Shown: positions 8,601-16,260 of the stretch, piece by piece | Position numbering within the stretch: position 1 is the first letter of the stretch | Layout: each line of letters begins with the position of its first letter | NCBI GenBank assembly: GCA_045603745.1 | Contig: JAZUMQ010000037.1 | Location: forward strand, 66,224 to 130,223 | DNA from: Eubacteriales bacterium | GTDB lineage: Bacteria; Bacillota; Clostridia; Oscillospirales; UBA644 | Reading direction: 5' to 3' | DNA: 64,000 nucleotides | The notes under the pieces: model-generated | The model's input: the letters and a program-made list of their open reading frames with translations, nothing else | Told to the model about the DNA's origin: nothing | Databases searched by the model: none | Made by a program: the position numbers and the translations under genes

Positions 8601-8660
8601 CAAAGCCACGAGAAGAAGACTTGTAATTAAGAGGATTAGTTTTTTCGTCATAAATTTCAT
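5637..8660 (-). CDS. ~1007-aa lipoprotein, DUF5696-like, function unknown
   Basis: The track starts at 8681. ATG 8658-8660 has AAGGAGGA 8 nt upstream. Lipoprotein signal MKFMTKKLILLITSLLLVALALSAC. No further TM. The GYMIVPDGSGA motif and a barrel-like central region resemble the family I recall as DUF5696 (needs an HMM check). Confidence 0.6.
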   Translation of the reverse strand: MKFMTKKLILLITSLLLVALALSACGLNSMESNEVSDAARQEFINGLLNEEGVEILYAPLIVDEEGEQLYGKAPAGYSKVNKSKGGTTGLTNMYLVLKNKGYELYIDFETTDIAVVDLKTGFTYHSNPDRDPDTTLTASQQATIASPLSVEAYDSSGKRYSFNFYDNCLQDGSFYVLKTGDQSLRLIYTIGNDPDKELFPPVITKDTYDNTILKGLEDKYLDGVISEKDYLKYLDVLDDCYRYITPNPEDKSQALSAEDKERFAETFPHIDVMSMYISYDKVSTKQKGRVKTLMETIGFTAQDVKREMEKADYQGPERSVLYTIPVDLVLNENGLSVNMDSSLILGPTKQRLYTVNLYRGLGATKATYPNGYMIVPDGSGAVIPVKGNLKTDVFKGRVYGNDGSFDKKYDTDYSEQILAPYLVFDRGEFSTDATRYNGGGIIAIMEEGAGQASVVARPIQGNAYPVSSINYEVVYSERDYRTYSTSLAAVGTGSSQSGSGLLLSKDAVTGVYRIQYLFTEGGMTYPEYAAYLRNYFISKDLFPKEKLEETELPFFVDLIGCVDMNETVVGVPVKTKTPLTTYKQSLEILTKLKESGISNVVARYTYWANGGENNVIAKDLELLDCMGTKGELTSLVQFCNDNGMGFFPSVEFLHVTSTGNGFSKSQDAARRMNRSTATIVDRMNATGSLRNDLTEKILVSSKVSAEMAETYKASFEKVLGDNKNIALGNLGKELHSNYKTNEGVSRAWAEKDHVKVLQAFDGYDIAVSTGNFYTWKFASHIFGLSTGSSEYMTESSGIPFTQIMLHGYVNYSLEPLNQTGDYETALLLALETGSAFTFRWMGAEDSVFDYTEFYNYFSLNYTSTFDRAVEIYKEAAKVLNDVVNESITDHMTVDAFYALDHEGLIGWTEIPVPEGAEPGTLPTYEPALKRVACDGVFATVYGGKKVVLVNYNSNDVELNDRTVIKAKSYLVLTMNEYEKAITGTAYQEKPTPVPPVTDDVNDATQEG

Positions 8661-8673
8661 ATCCTTATCCTCC

Positions 8674-9408
8674 TTACTCATTCAAGCGGAAGATAACTTC
8701 CGTTCCGATTTCAATAAAGAAGCTGGAAAGCTGTTGGAGCAGGAAGAAGATCAGAATGGCAACGAATGCAATGACCGCCATGCCAATGATGGTCAAAACT
8801 GTCGTTCCGACGCCCTTTGCAACAGAATATTGATGCACAATGATCATTGCAAGAAAGACGTACAAATATCCCCAAATCATTCCCAAGCTTCCGATGAAAT
8901 TGAAAATACTGGCTTCCGAGCTGGCAAGGAAGTGACTGAGAGGAATTTGGATCAGATTGCAAATGGTAATGGGAAGGATCGCATAAGTCGTTACCATAAA
9001 CACGTCAGACAACTTTCCGTCCCCGTCCATCAAAGACGAGAAACACCAGTTGGAGACCGCCCACAGAATAAAAGGAAGAATCGCAGTTATTAAGCGGATC
9101 GGGATATTCAATGCCAACTGAGATGCCCGATCGGCAAAAAGGTAACCAAGGGTCTGAAAGCGAACCAAATCGACAACGGCGTAGATAATAAGCCACACCA
9201 CACCACCGGCAACAGAACGGCGCTTCGGATCGTTTTTCAGATCGAAGAATCCGTCAAAGGGATGGAAGAGAATGTAGAAGGCATAACCCATGCGCTTAAT
9301 CGTGGTCTTGGTTCCCTGCCACAATTTTGGCAAGAATGCTTTTATGGCGGTCCAAAGATCTGCAAAAATCTTAGAAAAATTGATGGATCTCTTTGCAGCC
9401 TTTTCCAT
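8674..9408 (-). CDS. YIP1-family integral membrane protein
   Basis: 244 aa, about 5 TM. FHPFDGFFDLKNDPKRR and DGDGKLSDVFMVTTYAILP match the Yip1-domain pattern. The start overlaps the upstream stop (TAATG at 9406-9410). Confidence 0.7.
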   Translation of the reverse strand: MEKAAKRSINFSKIFADLWTAIKAFLPKLWQGTKTTIKRMGYAFYILFHPFDGFFDLKNDPKRRSVAGGVVWLIIYAVVDLVRFQTLGYLFADRASQLALNIPIRLITAILPFILWAVSNWCFSSLMDGDGKLSDVFMVTTYAILPITICNLIQIPLSHFLASSEASIFNFIGSLGMIWGYLYVFLAMIIVHQYSVAKGVGTTVLTIIGMAVIAFVAILIFFLLQQLSSFFIEIGTEVIFRLNE

Positions 9409-11123
9409 TAGTTCTCATCTCCTTTCGCCAGGTTGTATTTTTCGGCAGCAGCTTGTTGTCTTGCCAGAGCTATCGCCAATTCTTTTGCTTTTTGTCTTCT
9501 GCGTTTTTTCTGCTTACGGACAATGCTTAAAACAAAATATCCGACCACCAAAACGCCAATCGAACCGAAGATCAAACCGAAATATTGTTCCAATTCATGG
9601 GTACGCAAAGCGATATATGCAGTAGAATAATTTTCCTTTTCATTGGCGCGGTCATAATAGACCATTGCATTTTCGTAATGATCAAAAGAGGTCATTCCGG
9701 CAGCATCGACTTCATCGTCAATTAGCTTCAGTGCCAACTGCATTTCCGCGTTACCCAAATTGATATTGGCGATATACATATTAGAGTTATAACTCAGAAC
9801 GTCTTTCCAAAGAGGAATAGATTCTGCCCAATATCCGGCGGCAGTTGCCGCTGCGGCTTTGTTGATGGAAAGAACGTAGGGCGTAGCCTTGAATATGGTG
9901 ACGGTATTGCTCAGCGTATCCGCAATGTAGACGTAATCTCCGTTGATCTCCAACGCCGATGCCATCTGGAAGGTCCCCGCGGAAGTTCCGGCACCGCCAC
10001 AAATGTAGAGCAGATTTCCGTCCGTGTCGTAAGTAGAGAACCGTCCGGTCATCTGATCAAGAATGGTGTACCGTCCGCTTTCTTCATCTACGGCAATATC
10101 CACGATTTTGGGAGCATATCCTTTCATCATAGGCCAAGTCAGGTCGCCCATGGGAGAGGCAAGACCTTTGCGACGAAGCATATCCGTACCGTCCGCAGAC
10201 AGTTTGCGAACCGGTGCGTGAGAAGTTTCAATAGAATAACCGGAAAGCGCCTTCACAGAGGCTTCGTCCAATGCGGCAATGGTAGCATAAATAAATCCGC
10301 GTTCATCGATGGTCAAACTGCTGTATTCGGTGGGCGTATAGGTAACCATCTGTGCCAACTGTTCTTCGGTAGCAAAGTTACGCCAAATCCGTTCACCCAA
10401 ATTGACGATAACGTCGGGGGTTCCGAAGAAAGCGTTAAATTGTCCTTCGCTGGTAATCTGCACGATTCCGCGATTGATTCCGGAGCAAATGACCTGAACG
10501 TCACCGATATTATCCACAACTAACCGGGTGGGTTTGAAGAGATAATTATCGCCGAGAACGGAAATTTTAATTGCTTGCAAAACCTTCGAGACCTTACCGT
10601 TGATGTCACAAGCAAGAATGCGTTGGTTTTCCGTATCGGAGATGTAAATCGTTCCGTCTTCCGTAACGAAGATTCCCTGGGGAGCGTTCAACGAGTACTT
10701 GTTGGAAGAGATCACGACTTCCTGCTGTTCTCCGTCTTCCCCTTCTACCTTTTCCGCACTCAAGGCAAGTTCCGGAATATCGCCCGTCAAAGTACGGATC
10801 GTGGAAACCAGTTGATACTGTTCGTCCAAAATGTAAACGGAGTTTCCTTTGGAATCAAGAACATACAGAAGTCCGTTCTTGTAACAAATATCCGAAGGAA
10901 CAAAGGCAGTGGTAACCGTCGCGTTGGGGACAATATCCAAAACGGAGATCATCTTTTCTACGGTAAAGGAAAGCGGGGCTGCGGCATCTACACCGTCTAC
11001 ATTATAAAAATAAGAGTTGTTTACATTGTTAATGGGGAGAGCAGAAGCCGAAAGAACGGAGCAAAAGACCACTGCGAAGGTTAGTACCATAACAATGAGG
11101 CTTTTTATAAACTTTTGTTTCAT
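9408..11123 (-). CDS. NHL-repeat beta-propeller protein with C-terminal TM anchor and polybasic tail
   Basis: 571 aa. Signal peptide, then several NHL-like blades (e.g. PQGIFVTEDGTIYISDTENQRILACD, GDYVYIADTLSNTVTIF). A helical segment is followed by TM helix LIFGSIGVLVVGYFVLSIV, then RKQKKRRRQKAKE. Confidence 0.7.
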   Translation of the reverse strand: MKQKFIKSLIVMVLTFAVVFCSVLSASALPINNVNNSYFYNVDGVDAAAPLSFTVEKMISVLDIVPNATVTTAFVPSDICYKNGLLYVLDSKGNSVYILDEQYQLVSTIRTLTGDIPELALSAEKVEGEDGEQQEVVISSNKYSLNAPQGIFVTEDGTIYISDTENQRILACDINGKVSKVLQAIKISVLGDNYLFKPTRLVVDNIGDVQVICSGINRGIVQITSEGQFNAFFGTPDVIVNLGERIWRNFATEEQLAQMVTYTPTEYSSLTIDERGFIYATIAALDEASVKALSGYSIETSHAPVRKLSADGTDMLRRKGLASPMGDLTWPMMKGYAPKIVDIAVDEESGRYTILDQMTGRFSTYDTDGNLLYICGGAGTSAGTFQMASALEINGDYVYIADTLSNTVTIFKATPYVLSINKAAAATAAGYWAESIPLWKDVLSYNSNMYIANINLGNAEMQLALKLIDDEVDAAGMTSFDHYENAMVYYDRANEKENYSTAYIALRTHELEQYFGLIFGSIGVLVVGYFVLSIVRKQKKRRRQKAKELAIALARQQAAAEKYNLAKGDEN

Positions 11124-11142
11124 TGCAAATACTCTCCTTCCC

Positions 11143-12123
11143 TTAGTCTTTCATACCGGACGTAGCCATCGTCTCAATGATATTACTTTGAGTAATCAAG
11201 AACGTCAGAATCGGAACGATCATCATCAAAACGCTGGTGGCGGTAGCAACACCTGCACGAGCCATACCTTCCGAGTTGATCTGGCTCAAGGCGTAGTTCA
11301 GAGTCTTTAACTCTTCACGGTAAATGTAAATCGATGCACCCTGATTCCAATAATCCTTAACCGAAAAGACGATCAACGTCATCCAGGCGGGCTTCATGTT
11401 GGGCATCAAAATGCTCCAGAAGATCCGGAAGTCTCCGGCGCCGTCGATTCGAGCCGCTTCCAGAACCGAATCAGGGAACTGGTCAACGAATCCACGGATC
11501 AAATAAAGGGAGAACGACGATCCGAGCGCGGGAATAAAGTAAACAAGCCAAGTGTCAACGATTCCAAGAGCCGAGATGATCATATAGCTGGCATAACCCG
11601 CAGCAGGAGCAGAAATCATCAAGCTGATGGTAATCATTTTGTTGATCGCATGTTTCCCCTTAAACTTCCACTTAGAAAGAGGATACGCCGCCATAGAAGC
11701 CGAAACGATACGTAAAAACGTCGCCACGACAGTGATAAACAGCGTGTTGAACAAATACCGGGTAAAGGGGATCGTGGTATTGGACAAAATCGTGAACATA
11801 TCTCTGTAGTTCGTAAGCGTGGGATTTTTAACGATCAGATTCGGGGGGAATAACCACAGTTCGTGAAGGGGTTTAAACGAGTTGGAAATGGCATAGACCA
11901 TGGGGAACACCATGATCACGCCTACTGCAAGAAGGAACAAGATCATCGCAACGTCGCCGCCGGCGGACCGGTTTACGCGGGTTTTGATGAGTTTTCTCTT
12001 CTTATAATAAATAAGGTTGCCTTTTTCGTCGTATTTGGGACGTCTACGGAAGAGTTTGAAACCCTTTTTCGTATTGGCGTTGGGGAGATTTACAGTAGCT
12101 GTTTTTAATTTCATCTTCTTCAA
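11143..12123 (-). CDS. CUT1-type carbohydrate ABC transporter permease (MalG-like), pair 1
   Basis: 326 aa. EAA loop VLEAARIDGAGDFRIFWSILMP. About 55-aa Lys/Arg-rich N-terminal extension. Confidence 0.85.
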   Translation of the reverse strand: MKKMKLKTATVNLPNANTKKGFKLFRRRPKYDEKGNLIYYKKRKLIKTRVNRSAGGDVAMILFLLAVGVIMVFPMVYAISNSFKPLHELWLFPPNLIVKNPTLTNYRDMFTILSNTTIPFTRYLFNTLFITVVATFLRIVSASMAAYPLSKWKFKGKHAINKMITISLMISAPAAGYASYMIISALGIVDTWLVYFIPALGSSFSLYLIRGFVDQFPDSVLEAARIDGAGDFRIFWSILMPNMKPAWMTLIVFSVKDYWNQGASIYIYREELKTLNYALSQINSEGMARAGVATATSVLMMIVPILTFLITQSNIIETMATSGMKD

Positions 12124-12128
12124 CCTCC

Positions 12129-13034
12129 TTACTTACCGACTCTACCAATGATAAAGCGAATTGCCTGGTTTGCAACGTAGGTCATAACAAACATAACCAT
12201 AGCAATGGCGCAGGCATACCCCATCTCATAACGAGAGCCACCGAAGTCAGCCAAGTGAAGTGACAATGTGTACAACGTGTAGCCTTGGGTGGGGTTTCCG
12301 AAAATGGTGGATCCGACGCTAAAAGCACCGGTAATGGCGAGAACTGCACCGAAGAGCAGTTGTCCACGCATCTGAGGCAGAGTAATGAAGTACAATTCCT
12401 GCCAACGATTTTTGATCCCGTCCACCGCACCGGCTTCGTAAAGAGATTTATCGACCGTCTGAAGACCGGCGATAAAGGTCAAGAAAGAGGTACCGATGGA
12501 GGACCACAGAAGAATGATGATACAAACCGGCCACATGACATCGGTTTCAACCGTCCACAGGATCGGTTCATTAATCAATCCAAACTCCAGAAGCCAAGCG
12601 TTGATGTAACCGTACTTATCACTGGAGAACAAGAGAGCCCAAATAATATCCAAACCACCGGAAAGTGCGGGGGCGTAGAACAAAAGAGTCATGGCAGACC
12701 GGGGTTTGGGCGGAATTTCATTGACCAGCCATGCGAAAGCAAAGCATAGAATATATCCGCCGGGACCGGTAATCATGGCAAGAATCAACGTATTCTGAAC
12801 GGCTTTTGGGAACAACGTATCGTTCAGAAACAATCTTGCATAGTTGTCAAGACCGACAAAGTCAGGGAATTCCAACAGGTTGAAGTCGGTCAAGCTCATA
12901 ATAACGGAAACAGCGACAGGGAGAACGGTAAAAATGAAGAACGTGACAAGAAAGGGCCCAAGGAAAAAGGCCAGACTCAACCTGCGATTGCGATTGGCAT
13001 GTCTTAAAGTAGCAGATTTAACAGTTTTTTTCAT
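12129..13034 (-). CDS. CUT1-type sugar ABC transporter permease (MalF-like), pair 1
   Basis: 301 aa. EAA loop LYEAGAVDGIKNRWQELYFITLP. 6 TM. Confidence 0.85.
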   Translation of the reverse strand: MKKTVKSATLRHANRNRRLSLAFFLGPFLVTFFIFTVLPVAVSVIMSLTDFNLLEFPDFVGLDNYARLFLNDTLFPKAVQNTLILAMITGPGGYILCFAFAWLVNEIPPKPRSAMTLLFYAPALSGGLDIIWALLFSSDKYGYINAWLLEFGLINEPILWTVETDVMWPVCIIILLWSSIGTSFLTFIAGLQTVDKSLYEAGAVDGIKNRWQELYFITLPQMRGQLLFGAVLAITGAFSVGSTIFGNPTQGYTLYTLSLHLADFGGSRYEMGYACAIAMVMFVMTYVANQAIRFIIGRVGK

Positions 13035-13052
13035 GACTTTTCCTCCTCCCTA

Positions 13053-16000
13053 TCAATTTGTAGCTTCCGTTGACGAAGCTGCGTCGGAAGCGCTTTCATA
13101 AGGGAGATTCAATTGCTCTCTCTTATACTTGATTTCCTTGTTGATTTCCTGAATATACTTCAGAAGCGTAGCTCTGGCATCGGAGTATTCGTTGATAACC
13201 TCGTTATATGCAAAGCCGTAATAACGCGAGAAATAGTAACCGCCGACTTCTTCTTCATTTCCAACGGTATGATCCCATTGTTCCATAATCGCAGCCAATT
13301 CCTTCGTACTCCAAGGAATCCGTTGAGCAGCTGCAACGTTAGCGGTATTGTAACGAGCGGCAATTCCGAGGGTTGCTTCCAATTCAATACCGTATTGGTA
13401 CTGAGCATCTTCGCTGACCCACCATTGCATCCAAGCCCAGCAGGCGTTGGCATAATCTTCGCCCTGGCTAACGCCCCGGTTAAGCAATGCGATGGAAGAT
13501 ACGGTTGCAACGGTCTTACGGTTAAGAATGGGGTTTCCTTCTTCATCGGTGACCACGTTTCCGTTTTCATCGGTTACTTCCGTACCGGGAATGGTAGTAA
13601 AGGTCCAGGTTCCCTTGATTTCAGGAGCAGTGATGGCTAAGGTGCTGTAGAACGTTAAGGCCTGCATTCCGATGGGCATTTCACCGAAACGGAACCGGTT
13701 CTGGAAGTTATAAGACTTGGGGCAGTTGTAAGTAATAAAGTAGTCTGTTGCGGTAATAAAGGATTGAATGGCGATTTCGGAATCCAAATTGATCCGTTGT
13801 CCATCGTCCCGATAAAGGGTTCCGCCATTCTGATAAAGAATGGTTTGGAAATCCGGAGGAGCAAAGTCCATGTACCGCTTTTTCAAAACCGCGATCATGT
13901 CATAGACTTCCGTCCAAGTTTCCGGAACTTCCAATCCCAAATCTTTCAAAACGTCTTCGCGGTAGAAAAGAAGATCGAAAGTTTGCTTTTCGGGAAGTCC
14001 GTAAATATTGCTAACGATTCCCTGGCTGGGGTCGTCCGGATTCTTATAAACTTCCAACGTAATGGGAGAAAATGCGGAAGATTTAAACCAAGTTTTGACT
14101 TCCGAAAATCCGGGAACGTCCTGATAGCCTTCTTGGGCACCTTCCAGGGTAAAGCCATCGAAGTTATTCAATGCAACCAAGGCGTTACGAGAAGCATAGT
14201 TGATAATATCACCGGAGCCCAGACCCATAACGATGTCCGGACCTTTGCCGGCAAAAACAGAAGGCAACAGTGCGCCGCCGGGGACAAGAGCAATGTCAAT
14301 CCCGATCTGATACTGATTGATGAAAGAACGTTCGATCAATCGCTGTTTGATGTCTGCACGCTCTTTCCCGGTAGTAGCCCAGATAGAGATCGTGGTATCA
14401 AATTCCTGATCGGTAGTCGATCCGATGGCGTTGGAATCGGACGTAAAGGAAGCAGCAAACATCGAGATGTTATGCCAGATGTTTTCAAACACACCGGCAG
14501 AACCGGTGCCGGCGTCGTAAGAAGGTTCTGCAACCAAAATATAATCCAACTCCAGGGGTTGATTCCGCATGGTATTCAACCAAGATCCCAAATTTGTAAT
14601 CTGATTCTTAAAATTACTGAAATAGGAAGGTATATTGTCCGGCTCTTCCGCCATGTCGTACAAGACGTCAATGACGTTGTAAACGATGGCAGTTTGTTGA
14701 CCGTCGCCGCCCAAGATTTCGATGAGGTTATTGTAAACACTCGTCAAAATATCTCCTTGCGCTTTCAGGTCGGAAATTACGTCGGGAATGACTTCGTCCA
14801 ACTTATAATCCCGGAATTCGTCAGGAGATGCACCGGTAATCTGCATAATCTTGCGGTAACCGCTATTCAACTTGGAAATAACGGTATCCACCGCGTTGAT
14901 ATATTCACCCAATTCTCCGGTAGTCGCGGAAATACGAATGATATTTTCCCCTTCGTTGAACTTGAACAGCAATTCGTTGCCGTAATCGTCACCGGGGGTG
15001 ATCATCGCCCATTCGGTAGAATAGGGAAAACGAACCTGAGATGCTTCCAGTACGGGGGTTTCTCCGTTTACGGTGATCTGCCGGCTGGAGAAGGTCCCGG
15101 ACACGATATTCTGCCGTGCCCGAAGAACAATCTTATACAGACCTGCCTTAGGCACATTTACTTTATATTCCACCCATTGACCGGAGCCGTTCCAGTTTTC
15201 ACCGCCAATTACGTTATACTTCAGCAGTGTAGAAGACTGGGGCTGGGTTGCCGCAGACGAACGGTCATAACTGGAATAAACGGAGGTGGAGGATTTGTCA
15301 TAGGGATATTCTGCCTGAATCTTTGCGATCAGCCGATCTCCTTCGATCCGATAATCTCCGTTTTCCGCCAAAAATTCCGTATAAGAAACCGATTCCTTCA
15401 CACCGTACAAATACAGCTTGGAGAAGGCTGCAGGTTCTCTGGAAGAAGTCAAACGAATTACGTTGGTTCCCTTTTCCAGATAAAACTGCAATACACCGTC
15501 ATAGGCGCCGGTGGAATCTTTAAAGTAAGAATTCTCAATCCATCTCCGTTCTTCTTTGGAATTCAGGCGGATCTGATTTCCGTCCAGATCTTCCGGATAG
15601 TATCCGGAGAAAATTCCATCGGCATCGGGGCCGGTAACTTTATTCCAATCCACGTCGTCAACAAAGAGACGGTCCAAGGCTGCCGTCTTCGCTTCGGAAT
15701 ACGGACTTTCCCCATTGATCGTGATAGAACGTTCGATAGAGATTCCTCGCCCTTCCATAGGGAAATAATCACAACCAAGGCCGTACAACCCGGTAGAGGG
15801 AACTTCGATGGTAAATTCTACATATCCTCCTTCTTGAGTGACGAGAACATTGTCCTTTCCCTCGTAAGTTTTGACTTCGACGTTTTCCCCGGCAACATAC
15901 TTGGACACGTCAATGTTGATGACGTCATCCGAAGCCGTCGCGCGGGCGTAAGTCTGCAGATATTCACCATAAGACCCAGCCTTATAAACGGCGACGAAGG

Positions 16001-16109
16001 GGATGTTGGAATCCAACTCCGTCAACGTTTTTGCAGAAGAGGTCAAAGCAAACATCTGGACCGCCATCACAGCAATCAAGACTACTGCGATAACTCTGTT
16101 TTTGCGCAC
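13053..16109 (-). CDS. giant (1018-aa) extracellular solute-binding protein with two N-terminal CBM-like beta-sandwich modules
   Basis: GTG start 16107-16109 with GGAAGG SD. Signal/anchor MRKNRVIAVVLIAVMAVQMFALTSSA. Two paralogous modules (residues ~62-236 and ~262-398), a helical linker, then a family-1 SBP-like C-terminal half (TTISIWATTG ... GKGPDIVMG). Confidence 0.7.
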   Translation of the reverse strand: MRKNRVIAVVLIAVMAVQMFALTSSAKTLTELDSNIPFVAVYKAGSYGEYLQTYARATASDDVINIDVSKYVAGENVEVKTYEGKDNVLVTQEGGYVEFTIEVPSTGLYGLGCDYFPMEGRGISIERSITINGESPYSEAKTAALDRLFVDDVDWNKVTGPDADGIFSGYYPEDLDGNQIRLNSKEERRWIENSYFKDSTGAYDGVLQFYLEKGTNVIRLTSSREPAAFSKLYLYGVKESVSYTEFLAENGDYRIEGDRLIAKIQAEYPYDKSSTSVYSSYDRSSAATQPQSSTLLKYNVIGGENWNGSGQWVEYKVNVPKAGLYKIVLRARQNIVSGTFSSRQITVNGETPVLEASQVRFPYSTEWAMITPGDDYGNELLFKFNEGENIIRISATTGELGEYINAVDTVISKLNSGYRKIMQITGASPDEFRDYKLDEVIPDVISDLKAQGDILTSVYNNLIEILGGDGQQTAIVYNVIDVLYDMAEEPDNIPSYFSNFKNQITNLGSWLNTMRNQPLELDYILVAEPSYDAGTGSAGVFENIWHNISMFAASFTSDSNAIGSTTDQEFDTTISIWATTGKERADIKQRLIERSFINQYQIGIDIALVPGGALLPSVFAGKGPDIVMGLGSGDIINYASRNALVALNNFDGFTLEGAQEGYQDVPGFSEVKTWFKSSAFSPITLEVYKNPDDPSQGIVSNIYGLPEKQTFDLLFYREDVLKDLGLEVPETWTEVYDMIAVLKKRYMDFAPPDFQTILYQNGGTLYRDDGQRINLDSEIAIQSFITATDYFITYNCPKSYNFQNRFRFGEMPIGMQALTFYSTLAITAPEIKGTWTFTTIPGTEVTDENGNVVTDEEGNPILNRKTVATVSSIALLNRGVSQGEDYANACWAWMQWWVSEDAQYQYGIELEATLGIAARYNTANVAAAQRIPWSTKELAAIMEQWDHTVGNEEEVGGYYFSRYYGFAYNEVINEYSDARATLLKYIQEINKEIKYKREQLNLPYESASDAASSTEATN

Positions 16110-16231
16110 TGCAAAACACCTTCCTTTTGGTTCAAATATTGCCTCAGAGATGAAAAAACACCGGCGGGGGTCAGCCGCTAGCGTCCTGTCATATCCGTTG
16201 TTGCGAAAAAGATTTTCTTTTTCACGTAAAT

Positions 16232-16260
16232 ATTATAATATATTTAACGCAAAATGTCAA
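16232..16260 (-). promoter_or_regulatory. consensus sigmaA promoter of the eight-gene operon
   Basis: Minus strand: TTGACA (16255-16260), 17-nt spacer, TATAAT (16232-16237). Leaves a leader of about 115 nt to the GTG at 16109. Confidence 0.7.

Noticed and set aside
9408-9560. C-terminal TM plus basic stretch of the NHL protein as a sortase sorting signal
   Set aside because: There is no NPxTx/LPxTG-like pentapeptide before the helix, and about 30 further residues follow the basic patch. It looks like a normal single-pass anchor with a cytoplasmic tail.
13764-16181. 805-aa plus-strand ORF antisense to the giant SBP gene
   Set aside because: This is the same codon-phase shadow effect. It also runs straight through the SBP start codon, SD and 5' leader.
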